Positions 36,775 through 45,634 of a stretch of 64,000 nt of DNA are shown piece after piece. The DNA is from an uncultured bacterium (GTDB lineage Bacteria; Actinomycetota; Coriobacteriia; Coriobacteriales; Eggerthellaceae). The notes beneath the pieces are model-generated. The model had not been told where the DNA came from and ran no database searches. It saw only the letters and a program-made list of their open reading frames with translations. Position 1 is the stretch's first letter. Every line of letters starts with the position of its first letter. Position numbers and translations under genes: made by a program. Location: the NCBI GenBank assembly GCA_905215325.1, contig CAJMPP010000005.1, positions 11,454-75,453 on the forward strand, given 5' to 3'.

Positions 36775-36958
36775 CCCAAGCATCCGCCGTCCCCAAGTGT
36801 CCGAACGCAGGTGCGCCCTCGCACCTGCCACCATGCTGCGCGGAGATTTTCTTGTTCGCATGCCGATCGGCAAAGCGGGTTGCTCGCGGGCGGTACAATA
36901 GGCGCTGCGAACCTACGGCGACAACGTTGCCGTTACCTATATACAGCAAGGAGCATCC

Positions 36959-37453
36959 ATGGAACGCATTGCAAGCTTTTCCGTCGACCACCGCGTGCTC
37001 GAGCCCGGCGTGTACGTGTCGCGCCGCGACTCCGACGCCGCCACCGGCTGCACGACCACCACGTTCGACCTGCGCATGACCGCCCCCAACCGCGAGCCGG
37101 TCATGGACACCTCCGCCGTCCACGCCATCGAGCATCTCGGCGCCACCTTCCTGCGCAACGACGCCGAATGGTCGGCCCGCGTTATCTACTTCGGCCCCAT
37201 GGGTTGCCGCACCGGCTTCTACCTGGTGGCCTTCGGCGAATTGGAATCCGCCGACGTGGCCGACCTCGTACGCCGCATGTTCGCCTTCATCCGCGATTTC
37301 GAGGGCGAGATCCCCGGCGCCAAGCCCGAGGAATGCGGCAACTACCACGACAACGACCTTGTGCAGGCGAAATGGTGGGCGCGCCGCTACATGGCCAACA
37401 CCCTCGAGACGCTCGACGAGGCGCACACGCACTACCCCGCCCTCCTCGACTAA
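36959..37453 (+). CDS. luxS: S-ribosylhomocysteine lyase
   Basis: 164 aa. Metal site HAIEHL...GPMGCRTG. RBS AAGGAG upstream. Confidence 0.9.
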   Translation: MERIASFSVDHRVLEPGVYVSRRDSDAATGCTTTTFDLRMTAPNREPVMDTSAVHAIEHLGATFLRNDAEWSARVIYFGPMGCRTGFYLVAFGELESADVADLVRRMFAFIRDFEGEIPGAKPEECGNYHDNDLVQAKWWARRYMANTLETLDEAHTHYPALLD

Positions 37454-37460
37454 CGCAGGT

Positions 37461-37528
37461 GAACAGGGAAGGCGTGTTCAGGATCAGCCTCCCATTCCCG
37501 CAGTTTCATCCTGAACGCACCTCTGTTC
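37461..37528. repeat. Imperfect inverted repeat between luxS and mtnN, related to the repeats at 43.4-43.8 kb
   Basis: GAACAGGGAAGGCGTGTTCAGG ... CCTGAACGCACCTCTGTTC. It shares the GAACGCACCTC / CTGTTC core with 43462-43487 and 43747-43772. Confidence 0.4.
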
Positions 37529-37593
37529 CGCACGCGTGCGTCCTCGGCTTCCTTCCGGCGCGCGCCCTATCCCCTTCGATCGGAAAGCAGCTT

Positions 37594-38310
37594 ATGACTA
37601 CGAGCTTCAACACCATGGGCATCATCGGCGCCATGGACGTGGAAATCGCGCTGTTGCGCGAGGAGATGGCGAAGACCGGCGCGGTGAAGATCACGCGCAT
37701 CGCCGGCATGGAGTTCAACGTGGGCACCATCGGCAACACCACCGTCATCGTGGTGCAGTGCGGCGTGGGCATGGTCAATGCCGCCACGTGCGCGCAGGTG
37801 CTCGTCGACCGCTTCGGCGTGAGCGCGCTGCTCAACACCGGCATCGCCGGCTCGCTGGACGCATCCATCAACATCGGCGACATCGTGGTGGCCGATGATG
37901 CGGTCAACCACATCATGGACGTATGCAACATGGGCTACGCCGCAGGTCAGACGCCTGGACTGGACACGCTGGCGTTCCCCTGCAGCCCGGCGCTGTCGAA
38001 ATCGGTCGTCGCCGCGGCATCGGCGATAGGCGCCACCACGCACACCGGCCGCGTGGCCTCGGGCGACCGCTTCGTGCGCGACAACTTCGAAAAGCAGCGC
38101 ATCACCGAAACGTTCGGCGCAAAGTGCTGTGAGATGGAGGGCGCGGCCATCGCGCAGGTCGCATGGGCCAACGGCGTGCCGTGCGCCATCGTGCGCGCCA
38201 TCTCCGATAAGGCCGACGGCTCCTCGTCCATTGACTACCCCACCTTCGAGGCGCAGGCGGCCCGCAACAGCGCCGCGCTCGTCATCGCCATGCTTGAACG
38301 GCAAGGCTAG
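37594..38310 (+). CDS. mtnN: 5'-methylthioadenosine/S-adenosylhomocysteine nucleosidase
   Basis: This is the C-terminal part of the fused 538-aa track ORF. The start is ATG 37594 (MTTSFNTMGIIGAMDVE...). Motifs: GIAGS, EMEGAAIAQV, RAISD. Confidence 0.9.
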   Translation: MTTSFNTMGIIGAMDVEIALLREEMAKTGAVKITRIAGMEFNVGTIGNTTVIVVQCGVGMVNAATCAQVLVDRFGVSALLNTGIAGSLDASINIGDIVVADDAVNHIMDVCNMGYAAGQTPGLDTLAFPCSPALSKSVVAAASAIGATTHTGRVASGDRFVRDNFEKQRITETFGAKCCEMEGAAIAQVAWANGVPCAIVRAISDKADGSSSIDYPTFEAQAARNSAALVIAMLERQG

Positions 38311-38513
38311 CAAGCCTTGGAGCCGGTGCCGCGCGACGCGCGGCACCGACCCGCACGCGCAGCATGCACCGCGCGTACCCGGGCCTAAGTCGCAACCGGG
38401 CAACCACTCGCGCGGCACTTCGGAAAACCCAGGCCGCACGAACCCGCGGGCCCGGCGCTAACCCAGGCCCGCGGCCTTGAATCCCCCGCTACCCAACGAT
38501 CGGACGCTTCCCC

Positions 38514-39212
38514 ATGACCTTCGATGACAACATGCTTCCCACCATCGACGACCCCGCCGTCAGCCTGGTGCGCGACGAGCGCGGCCTGGCGCTGGTGGGC
38601 GAAGGCATGGAGCTGCGCTGCGATCTTGCGGGCATGCTGCCGCGCATCAAGCCCGGAAGGCTCTCCCACGAGCTGCTCGTCCGCGCCGCGCGCGTCAAAG
38701 GCGTCGATCAACCCCGCGCCATCGACGCCACCGCCGGGTTCGGGGAGGATGCGCTGCTGCTGGCCGCTGCCGGCTTCCACGTGCAGCTCTTCGAGCACGA
38801 CCCCGTCATAGCCGCGCTGCTTGCCGACGGCCTAGCGCGCGCCGCCGCCGACCCGCAGCTTTCGCCCATCGTGGCACGCATGCGCCTGACCAGCGGCGAC
38901 AGCGTGCAGGCGCTTGCCGCGCGCGCATCCATGGACGTGGCCAAACCCGACGTGGTCTACCTTGACCCGATGTTCCCCGCCCGGCAGAAAAGCGCGGCGG
39001 TCAAGAAGAAGTTCCAGCTGCTGCACCACCTGGAGGCGCCCTGCACCGATGAGGAAGGGCTGCTGCGCGCCGCGATAGCCTGCGGCCCGCGCAAGCTGGT
39101 CATCAAGCGCCCGGCGAAAGGCCCGTACCTGGCCGGCATCAAACCCAGCTACTCCATCGACGGCAAGGCCGTGCGCTACGACTGCATCGTCCCCGCCAGC
39201 ATGAAGCTGTAG
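38514..39212 (+). CDS. rsmJ: RsmJ-like class I SAM-dependent (16S rRNA m2G1516-type) methyltransferase
   Basis: 232 aa. IDATAGFGEDALLLA and VVYLDPMFPARQKSAAVKKKF are collinear with E. coli RsmJ/YhiQ. Confidence 0.8.
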   Translation: MTFDDNMLPTIDDPAVSLVRDERGLALVGEGMELRCDLAGMLPRIKPGRLSHELLVRAARVKGVDQPRAIDATAGFGEDALLLAAAGFHVQLFEHDPVIAALLADGLARAAADPQLSPIVARMRLTSGDSVQALAARASMDVAKPDVVYLDPMFPARQKSAAVKKKFQLLHHLEAPCTDEEGLLRAAIACGPRKLVIKRPAKGPYLAGIKPSYSIDGKAVRYDCIVPASMKL

Positions 39213-39214
39213 GA

Positions 39215-40126
39215 CTAGCCCTCCACCTTCGCGTAGAGCTTCATGGCTGCCACGAACGCCTCGCCTATCGCATCGAGCGTCAGCCCGCGCGGCATCACGT
39301 AGCCGATATGCATGCGCTCGCCCGAGCGGATGGGCACCGCCGTGATGGCGCCGCGCTGCAAGAACTCCGGATACACGCCGCTGGTCACGGTATAGGCGTC
39401 GGAATGCAGCATAAAGCTGGTGGCGAAACCGCGGTCGCTGACCTTCACCGTCTTCGCCGAGGGCGCCCACAGCGGCTCTTCGGAAAACGCCGACGACTCA
39501 TAAGCTCCCTGCACGAACGACAGCCGCGGATACGGGTACAAGTCGTCGAGCGAAACGCTCTCCCGCCCCGCCAACGGATGCCCGATACGCAAAAATACGT
39601 GCGGCACCGCTTCGAACAGCTCATAGAATTCCAGCTTGTTGCGGTCAAGCACGCGCCCCACCGCACCCTCGTTGGCGCGCGAGAGATACATCACGCCCAG
39701 GTCGCTGTCGCATCTTGCCACGTCATCGATGATCTGCTGCGTCTGCGTCTCGTTGAGCACCAAGTCGAACCTGCCCGAACCCACCTGCTGCGCAACGTCC
39801 AAAAACGCCCGCTCCACAAACGTGAAGTGATGCGAGGAAACCGCGAAGCGCATGCCCTCGGGTTGGTTGCCGCCGTAGCGGCGCTCGAGGTTGTCCATCT
39901 GCAGCACCACCTGCCGAGCCCGGCCCAGGAACTCCATGCCCTCCTTCGTGGGCGTAGCACCGGTATTCCCGCGGGTGAACAGGGAAAACCCCAGTTCGCG
40001 CTCCACGACCGACACCGCCTCGGACAGGCTTGGCTGCGAAACCGACAGCACGCGCGAGGCCGCCACCATCGACCCCGTTTCCGCGATCTTCAACATATAG
40101 CGCATCTGCTGCAGCGTGATCTTCAT
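39215..40126 (-). CDS. LysR-family transcriptional regulator
   Basis: The track ORF is 39215-40186. ATG 40126 is preferred (MKITLQQMRYMLKIAETGSMVAASRVLSVSQPSLSEAV). Confidence 0.85.
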   Translation of the reverse strand: MKITLQQMRYMLKIAETGSMVAASRVLSVSQPSLSEAVSVVERELGFSLFTRGNTGATPTKEGMEFLGRARQVVLQMDNLERRYGGNQPEGMRFAVSSHHFTFVERAFLDVAQQVGSGRFDLVLNETQTQQIIDDVARCDSDLGVMYLSRANEGAVGRVLDRNKLEFYELFEAVPHVFLRIGHPLAGRESVSLDDLYPYPRLSFVQGAYESSAFSEEPLWAPSAKTVKVSDRGFATSFMLHSDAYTVTSGVYPEFLQRGAITAVPIRSGERMHIGYVMPRGLTLDAIGEAFVAAMKLYAKVEG

Positions 40127-40421
40127 GCCAACCCTTCCGGCGAAAAGAGAAACCTTCGAAAACCAAGTATACGTCAGAGCCCGCACCGGCCCTCAAATGC
40201 CCATACCCGAGCGGCCCGCCGCGCATTGGGCCGCGCCGCACGCCGCCGGCACCCTGCGAAGCGCGGCCTTGCACGGCGCGCAGGTAACCTTACGGTAAAC
40301 GAATGCCCCCATCCATGCGCAACCAAGTATGCTGTGCTATAGGGGAAGCCGCCGCGCGAACGGGCTTTCGCGCGGCATCAGGGCCGCGGCCGCGCCGCGC
40401 GAACGCGAAAAGGAGAACATC

Positions 40422-41642
40422 ATGACATCTGCAACGTTGCTCGCGGCGCTTGCGCTCGTCGTCCTGGCGGGCGCGCTCGCATGGCTCCGCAACGCTCGAA
40501 AAGGCGCGAACGCGCTCGGCACGCTCGCATGCACCGTCGTGGCTGTAGCTGCCGCGGGCGCGCTCGCCATCGCACCCGCAACGCCGGCCCTCGCAGTCGA
40601 AGAGGGGTCGCACCATCCGGACGAGCGCCAAGCCCAAGCCGCCGACGATGCCATAAGCGGCCTGTTCGGAGACGACGTTGTCTGGATCGGGAAGGACAAG
40701 CTGTTCACGAAGACGACCGCGCCCAACGACATCCTCGCCGCGGGCCAATCCATCGCCGTAAGCTCCTGCAACGTATCGGGAAGCATCCGCGCGGCAGCCG
40801 AGGACATCTCGATCAGGGGCGCCGATGTGGCGCACAGCATCACCCTTGCCGCGAAGACCGCCACAGTGAGCGACACCAAGGCGAAGGCAGTGGCACTTGC
40901 GGCCCGCGATACGAGCTTCTCCGGCGAATGCGATACGCTCTACATCGCCGCCGAGCACGCTGTCATCGACGGCACCGTCCACGGCGATCTCGTGGTCAAC
41001 GCCGACACCTTGCAGCTGGGCCCGAACGCCTGCATCGAAGGTTCCGTACGGGGTTCTGCCGGCCAACAACCCGAGATAGCGCCCACCGCGCAGCACGGCG
41101 CGCTGGCGCTTTCCATCGGCACGCAAGAAGACGACGCCGAGCCTGCGTTCAACGTGGCCGGCACGCTGTTGGCGCTGGTATACGGCACGCTCGCATGCCT
41201 GGTGACCGCGGCGGCGGCCGAGTGGCTGGCGCGCAAGCAGACCGCCAACGCCGCCCACCTGGCGAAAACCCGCACCGGCTATCTGGTCGCCTCGGGCATC
41301 ATCGGCGCCATCGCGGCGCCCGTGGCGGTGATCATCCTGTGCTGCCTGGTGGTCACGCTGCCCATAGCCGGCGCCGCAACGCTGACCCTGCTCGCCTTGA
41401 CCATCGTCTCGGGCGGCTTCACCGCCGCCGCGCTGGGCAAGCTGGCCTTCAAGAACTTGGGGCGCTTCCCGGCGGCCATCGCCATGGGCGCCATCCTCGG
41501 CGCAGCCTGCGCGCTGCCCTACGTCGGCAAGCCGATCGCGGCCGCCTGCTTCATGTTCGCCCTAGGCTACAGCATCCAGAACGCGTTCCTGGGATTGACG
41601 AACCGCAACGAGGGCAATCCGCCGCAGGCGCCCACAGCATAA
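40422..41642 (+). CDS. Membrane protein with an N-terminal signal/anchor, a bactofilin-like (polymer-forming, beta-helical) repeat region and a C-terminal 4-5 TM domain
   Basis: The track ORF is 40329-41642. ATG 40422 is preferred, with AAAAGGAGAA upstream. Repetitive pattern: A.DI.I.G..V.HSITL.A...TVS...A..VALAA.D..F.G..D.LYIAA.HAVIDGTVHGDLVV.A. The C-terminus is hydrophobic. Confidence 0.5.
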   Translation: MTSATLLAALALVVLAGALAWLRNARKGANALGTLACTVVAVAAAGALAIAPATPALAVEEGSHHPDERQAQAADDAISGLFGDDVVWIGKDKLFTKTTAPNDILAAGQSIAVSSCNVSGSIRAAAEDISIRGADVAHSITLAAKTATVSDTKAKAVALAARDTSFSGECDTLYIAAEHAVIDGTVHGDLVVNADTLQLGPNACIEGSVRGSAGQQPEIAPTAQHGALALSIGTQEDDAEPAFNVAGTLLALVYGTLACLVTAAAAEWLARKQTANAAHLAKTRTGYLVASGIIGAIAAPVAVIILCCLVVTLPIAGAATLTLLALTIVSGGFTAAALGKLAFKNLGRFPAAIAMGAILGAACALPYVGKPIAAACFMFALGYSIQNAFLGLTNRNEGNPPQAPTA

Positions 41643-41658
41643 CCTGCGCACCATGCAA

Positions 41659-41694
41659 AAGGGGCTCGACGCGATCCAACGCGTCGAGCCCCTT
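41659..41694. terminator. Bidirectional terminator hairpin
   Basis: AAGGGGCTCGACGCG - ATCCAA - CGCGTCGAGCCCCTT (15-bp stem), between convergent genes. Confidence 0.65.
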
Positions 41695-41740
41695 CGTCGT
41701 AAGCAGCCGATTCTTGCAATCAACCCGAACAAGCACAACC

Positions 41741-43183
41741 CTAGGCAAGCCCCAGCCAGATGGCAACCTTCGGCGCATATCCAAGCACGAAGATCACCAC
41801 GATCAGCGCTGGGATGCCGTACTTCAGCCACAGGCGCGTCCAGCGCGGGAACTTCACGCCTTCGCCCTGATCGGCCTCGGCCAGGAAGTTCTCCCAGCCC
41901 CAACCGCGGCGCGTGGTGCAGAACAGCACGAACGCCAGGCTACCCAGCGGCAGCATGTTGTTCGACACGATGAAGTCCTCGATGGACTGGATATCGCCGA
42001 TGGCCGGGATGGTGACGCCCGACAGCACGTTGAAGCCCAGCGCGCACGGGATGGAAAGCACCAGCACCAGCACGGCGTTGAAGATCACGGCGCGGCTGCG
42101 CATCATGCCCCATTTGTCCATGGACCAGCTGATCAGGTTCTCGAACACCGCGATGACGGTGGAAAGCGACGCGAACGCCATGAACACGAAGAACAGGCAG
42201 CCCCACACGTTGCCAAGCGGCATCTGCCCGAAGACCACCGGCAGCGTCACGAACACCAGCGACGGCCCTTGATCAGGTGAAACGCCATAGGCGAAACATG
42301 CCGGGAAGATGATCAGGCCCGCCAGGATGGCCACCACGGTGTTCAGCGCGGTGACGGAGACGGCCTCGCCGGTAAGGCTGCGTTGCCGCCCGATGCGCGA
42401 TCCGAAGATCTCCATGGCGGCAATGCCGAGCGACAAACTGAAAAATGCCTGGCCCATGGCCGCGTACACCGCATCGCCGAACGTCGACCACCCGTCGGCG
42501 AACAGGCGCCCGAAGTCGGGCACCAGGTAAAACGCGATGCCCTCGGCGGCGCCGGGCAGCGTGACGGCGCGGATGCACAGCGCGATCATCACCACGAACA
42601 GCGTGGCCATCATGACCTTCGTAACGCGCTCGACGCCCTTTTGCAGGCCCAGACTGCACACCAAAAAGCCGATCACCACGGCCACGACCATCCACCCGAT
42701 CAGCCACGCAGGGTTCTCCAGCATGCTGCTGAACGCCGCACCCGCGAAGGCCGCATCGGCGCCATTGAACATACCCGACGCCATCTGCGGCACGTACGAG
42801 ATCATCCACCCGCACACGGTGGTGTAGAACATCATCAATATCATGCAGCCGATATAGCCCCACCACGAGAACCAATGCCACTTCCCGTTCGGCTGCAGCT
42901 TGTCGAAGGCCTGTGCGGCCGAGCGCTGCGATGCCCGTCCCACGGCGAACTCCATGACCATGACGGGCATGCCCAAGATCACCAAAAACACCAGGTACAG
43001 CAGCACGAACGCCGCTCCACCGTACTCGCCGGTGATGTAGGGGAAGCGCCATACGTTGCCCAACCCGATCGCGCATCCGGCGCTGATCAGGATAAATCCC
43101 AGCCGCGACGCGAAATGCTCGCGCGAGGCCGGCGTCTCCTTGCCCGACGCCGCCACGGGCGCCTTGGGTGCGTTTTCCGCCAT
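41741..43183 (-). CDS. Sodium-dependent neurotransmitter/amino-acid symporter (NSS/SNF family)
   Basis: The track ORF is 41741-43201. ATG 43183 is preferred (MAENAPK...). Motif: GFILISAGCAIGLGNVWRFPY. Confidence 0.9.
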   Translation of the reverse strand: MAENAPKAPVAASGKETPASREHFASRLGFILISAGCAIGLGNVWRFPYITGEYGGAAFVLLYLVFLVILGMPVMVMEFAVGRASQRSAAQAFDKLQPNGKWHWFSWWGYIGCMILMMFYTTVCGWMISYVPQMASGMFNGADAAFAGAAFSSMLENPAWLIGWMVVAVVIGFLVCSLGLQKGVERVTKVMMATLFVVMIALCIRAVTLPGAAEGIAFYLVPDFGRLFADGWSTFGDAVYAAMGQAFFSLSLGIAAMEIFGSRIGRQRSLTGEAVSVTALNTVVAILAGLIIFPACFAYGVSPDQGPSLVFVTLPVVFGQMPLGNVWGCLFFVFMAFASLSTVIAVFENLISWSMDKWGMMRSRAVIFNAVLVLVLSIPCALGFNVLSGVTIPAIGDIQSIEDFIVSNNMLPLGSLAFVLFCTTRRGWGWENFLAEADQGEGVKFPRWTRLWLKYGIPALIVVIFVLGYAPKVAIWLGLA

Positions 43184-43316
43184 ATCCATTCCCTTTCCCA
43201 ACGCAAAGGGACGGCCACCTCGGGCAACCGTCCCATAGCAAGCTGAAACGTCGCGCCCGCATACGCAGGCGCAACGTCATATGGTACCACTATCATCACT
43301 CGCCGCTGCCCACCCT

Positions 43317-43801
43317 CTTCTGGGCGCTTTCACAGGAGCGAGCAACTCGCTATCCCCACGGTTCTACGAACGCAGGGCGCATGAACGCCCCTCGCCCCCC
43401 GTTCGCCCACATACCCCATTCGTGAACGCACCTCCGTCCTCTGCCCACGTGCGCCCCGCATCGCGAACGCACCTCCGCCCCCTGTTCACGCGCCGTCCCC
43501 TGCTCACGTTCCGCTCATGTCCTGTTCGCGTGCGCCCTGACCCCATCTTCTGGGTGGTTCTGCAGAAAATGGCCCTTGTTTTTGACATGGTTCCCGGAGT
43601 TCTGGGCGGTTTACATGGCAGCATCACCGCACGAAGACCCGAAAATCGCCCAGAACCCAACCCCCTCGTACACAAATCCCGCCACTACCGCCTTCCAAAC
43701 CGCCCAGAGCTCGGCGCCGAACAAACAGAGGGCGTAATGACAGGGCGAACAGGGGGCGGATGCGCGTTCGCGCCGCAGCTGCCTCCCAAGCCCCCAGAAC
43801 C
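43317..43801. repeat. Nested inverted-repeat array inside a non-coding gap of about 700 bp
   Basis: TTCTGGG(C/T)GGTT-type motifs run forward at 43317, 43547 and 43598, and reversed at 43647, 43697 and 43791. The outer 26-nt inverted repeat, 43462-43487 versus 43747-43772, matches at 24/26 positions. There are further GAACGCACCTCCG copies. Confidence 0.7.
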
Positions 43802-43911
43802 CCGCACTAGCGAAAACGGAATCCGCGGGCATTTAAGCATGACGCGCCGCGGCAGGGCCTTCCCTCCCCTATAATGTGCGCAAAAGGAAACACCACCTAG
43901 GAAGACGCCCC

Positions 43912-44772
43912 GTGAGCACCATCGAACCCGCCGACACCGTCCTGCCCAACCACAACAACCAGAAGAAGATCGCGCTCATCAACGACTTCACCGGCTTCGG
44001 CCGATGCTCGGTGGCGGTGCAGCTTCCCGTCATCTCCCAGCTTGGCGTGCAATGCTGCGTGCTGCCCACCTCGGTGCTGTCCAACCACACGGGCTTCCCC
44101 AGCTACAGCTTCCAAGATTTCACGCCCTACATGCGCAAGCACATCCGCGAGTGGCGCAAGCTCGGCTTGAAGTTCCGCGGCATCTGCACGGGCTTTTTGG
44201 GATCGGTGGAGCAGATCGCGGTGGTCAGCGAGTTCATCGACGAGTTCGGCGGCCCCGATTGCATCGTGATGGTCGACCCCGTCATGGGCGACGAAGGCCA
44301 CCCTTACGGCACCTACACGCCGAAGATGTGCGAGCGCATGGCCGAGCTCACGGCGAAGGCCGACATCATCACCCCGAACCTCACCGAAGCGTGCATTCTG
44401 GCGGGCATCCCCTTCGACAAGGACATGACCTGCGAAGACGCCGCCGACCTCGCCCAGCAGCTGGCGCAAACCGGCCCTGCGCGCGTGGTGGTCACCGGCG
44501 TGGAGTTCCAGGACCGCGTGGCGAACGTGTGCTACGAACGGGGCCGTGCGCCCTTCACCGTGCAAACCGCGCGCCTAGGCGGGCAGCGCTCCGGCACCGG
44601 CGACGTGTTCTCCGCCATCCTCATCGCCGACGCGGTCAACGGCGTGCCGCTGGACCAGTCGGTGGAGAAGGCGTCGCACTTCGTGTGCACCTGCGTCGAG
44701 CGCGCCATCGACATGGACCTGCCGCGCACCGACGGCCTGCCCATCGAGGAGGAGCTGCGCAACCTGCGCTAG
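43912..44772 (+). CDS. Pyridoxal/pyridoxamine kinase (PfkB-type ribokinase fold)
   Basis: The track ORF starts at GTG 43876. GTG 43912 has AGGAAG 7 nt upstream, so the start is uncertain. Motifs: DPVMGD, ADIITPN, GTGDVFSA. Confidence 0.8.
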   Translation: MSTIEPADTVLPNHNNQKKIALINDFTGFGRCSVAVQLPVISQLGVQCCVLPTSVLSNHTGFPSYSFQDFTPYMRKHIREWRKLGLKFRGICTGFLGSVEQIAVVSEFIDEFGGPDCIVMVDPVMGDEGHPYGTYTPKMCERMAELTAKADIITPNLTEACILAGIPFDKDMTCEDAADLAQQLAQTGPARVVVTGVEFQDRVANVCYERGRAPFTVQTARLGGQRSGTGDVFSAILIADAVNGVPLDQSVEKASHFVCTCVERAIDMDLPRTDGLPIEEELRNLR

Positions 44773-44903
44773 CATCGCGCACTGCGCGCCGGCCGCGGGC
44801 GCGCTCCTTGCAGCAGACGCACCTTAAGGCGTACCCTGAACGGAAACGGGAAGGCGAACCGCATCGCAACCTTCGCCCCCACCTCAAGCGAGAGAGGCTC
44901 ATC

Positions 44904-45542
44904 ATGGCGAAAACGAAAGCCGAGACCATCGTATACCCCGTGCACAACGGGCTCTATGTCAACCTGACCAACCGCTGCAGCTGCGCCTGCACCTTCTGCA
45001 TCCGCCAAACCGCCGACGGCGTGGGCCAGGACGGCGAAGGCGGCGAGAACGACCTGTGGCTCGACCATGAGCCCTCCTTCGAGGAGGTCATGGCCGCGTT
45101 CGACGCGCAGGACATGAGCCGCTACGAAGAGGTGGTCTTTTGCGGCTATGGCGAGCCCACCTGCGCCTTCGACATGCTCAAGCGCGTGGCCGCCGAGGTG
45201 AAGCGCCGTTACAACCTGCCCGTGCGCGTGAACACCAACGGCCAAGGCAGCTTGATCTGCGGCCGCGATATCGCGCCGGAGTTCGAGGGCATCGTGGACG
45301 CGGTCTCCATCAGCTTGAACACCCCCAACGCCGACGAGTACGCCGCCATCGTGCGCAGCCGCTTCGGTGACGCGGCGTTCCCGGGCATGCTCGATTTCGC
45401 CCGCGAAGTGCGCAAGTACGTGCCCAACGTCGTGATGACCACCGTGGAGACGACCATCAGCCACGAGGACGAAGCCGCCTGCCAGCGCATCTGCGACGAG
45501 CTGGGCGTGCGCTATCGCATCCGCGCCTGGGTGAACTCGTAA
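44904..45542 (+). CDS. Small radical SAM protein (looks like the TatD-associated radical SAM family)
   Basis: ATG 44904 lies within the longer track ORF, with GAGAGAGG upstream. 212 aa. CX3CX2C motif NRCSCACTFC, then GYGEP. Confidence 0.75.
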   Translation: MAKTKAETIVYPVHNGLYVNLTNRCSCACTFCIRQTADGVGQDGEGGENDLWLDHEPSFEEVMAAFDAQDMSRYEEVVFCGYGEPTCAFDMLKRVAAEVKRRYNLPVRVNTNGQGSLICGRDIAPEFEGIVDAVSISLNTPNADEYAAIVRSRFGDAAFPGMLDFAREVRKYVPNVVMTTVETTISHEDEAACQRICDELGVRYRIRAWVNS

Positions 45543-45634
45543 GACCCGGCACGGCCCAGGCTGCAATCCAAGCAACAGCAAGGCCCGCGGCGCGAACCGC
45601 GGACCTTGCTCATCTCATACGATTTCGCGCCAAC

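Noticed and set aside
36694-38310. 538-aa ORF spanning the palindrome, luxS and mtnN
   Set aside because: It is an open frame by chance across the palindrome and out of frame over luxS. Only the last 238 aa (mtnN) are real.
43317-43801. Possible CRISPR array
   Set aside because: The repeats are short, degenerate, irregularly spaced and present in both orientations. There are no cas genes in the window.
43281-43874. 197-aa Pro-rich ORF, and the 148-aa ORF at 49529-49975, which share FW(A/V)VLQ and NRPEL peptides
   Set aside because: The shared peptides are translations of the TTCTGGGCGGTTTTGCAG repeat and its complement. There is no RBS and no coding periodicity, and both orientations of the repeat occur in the same frame. 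I treat these as non-coding repeats.
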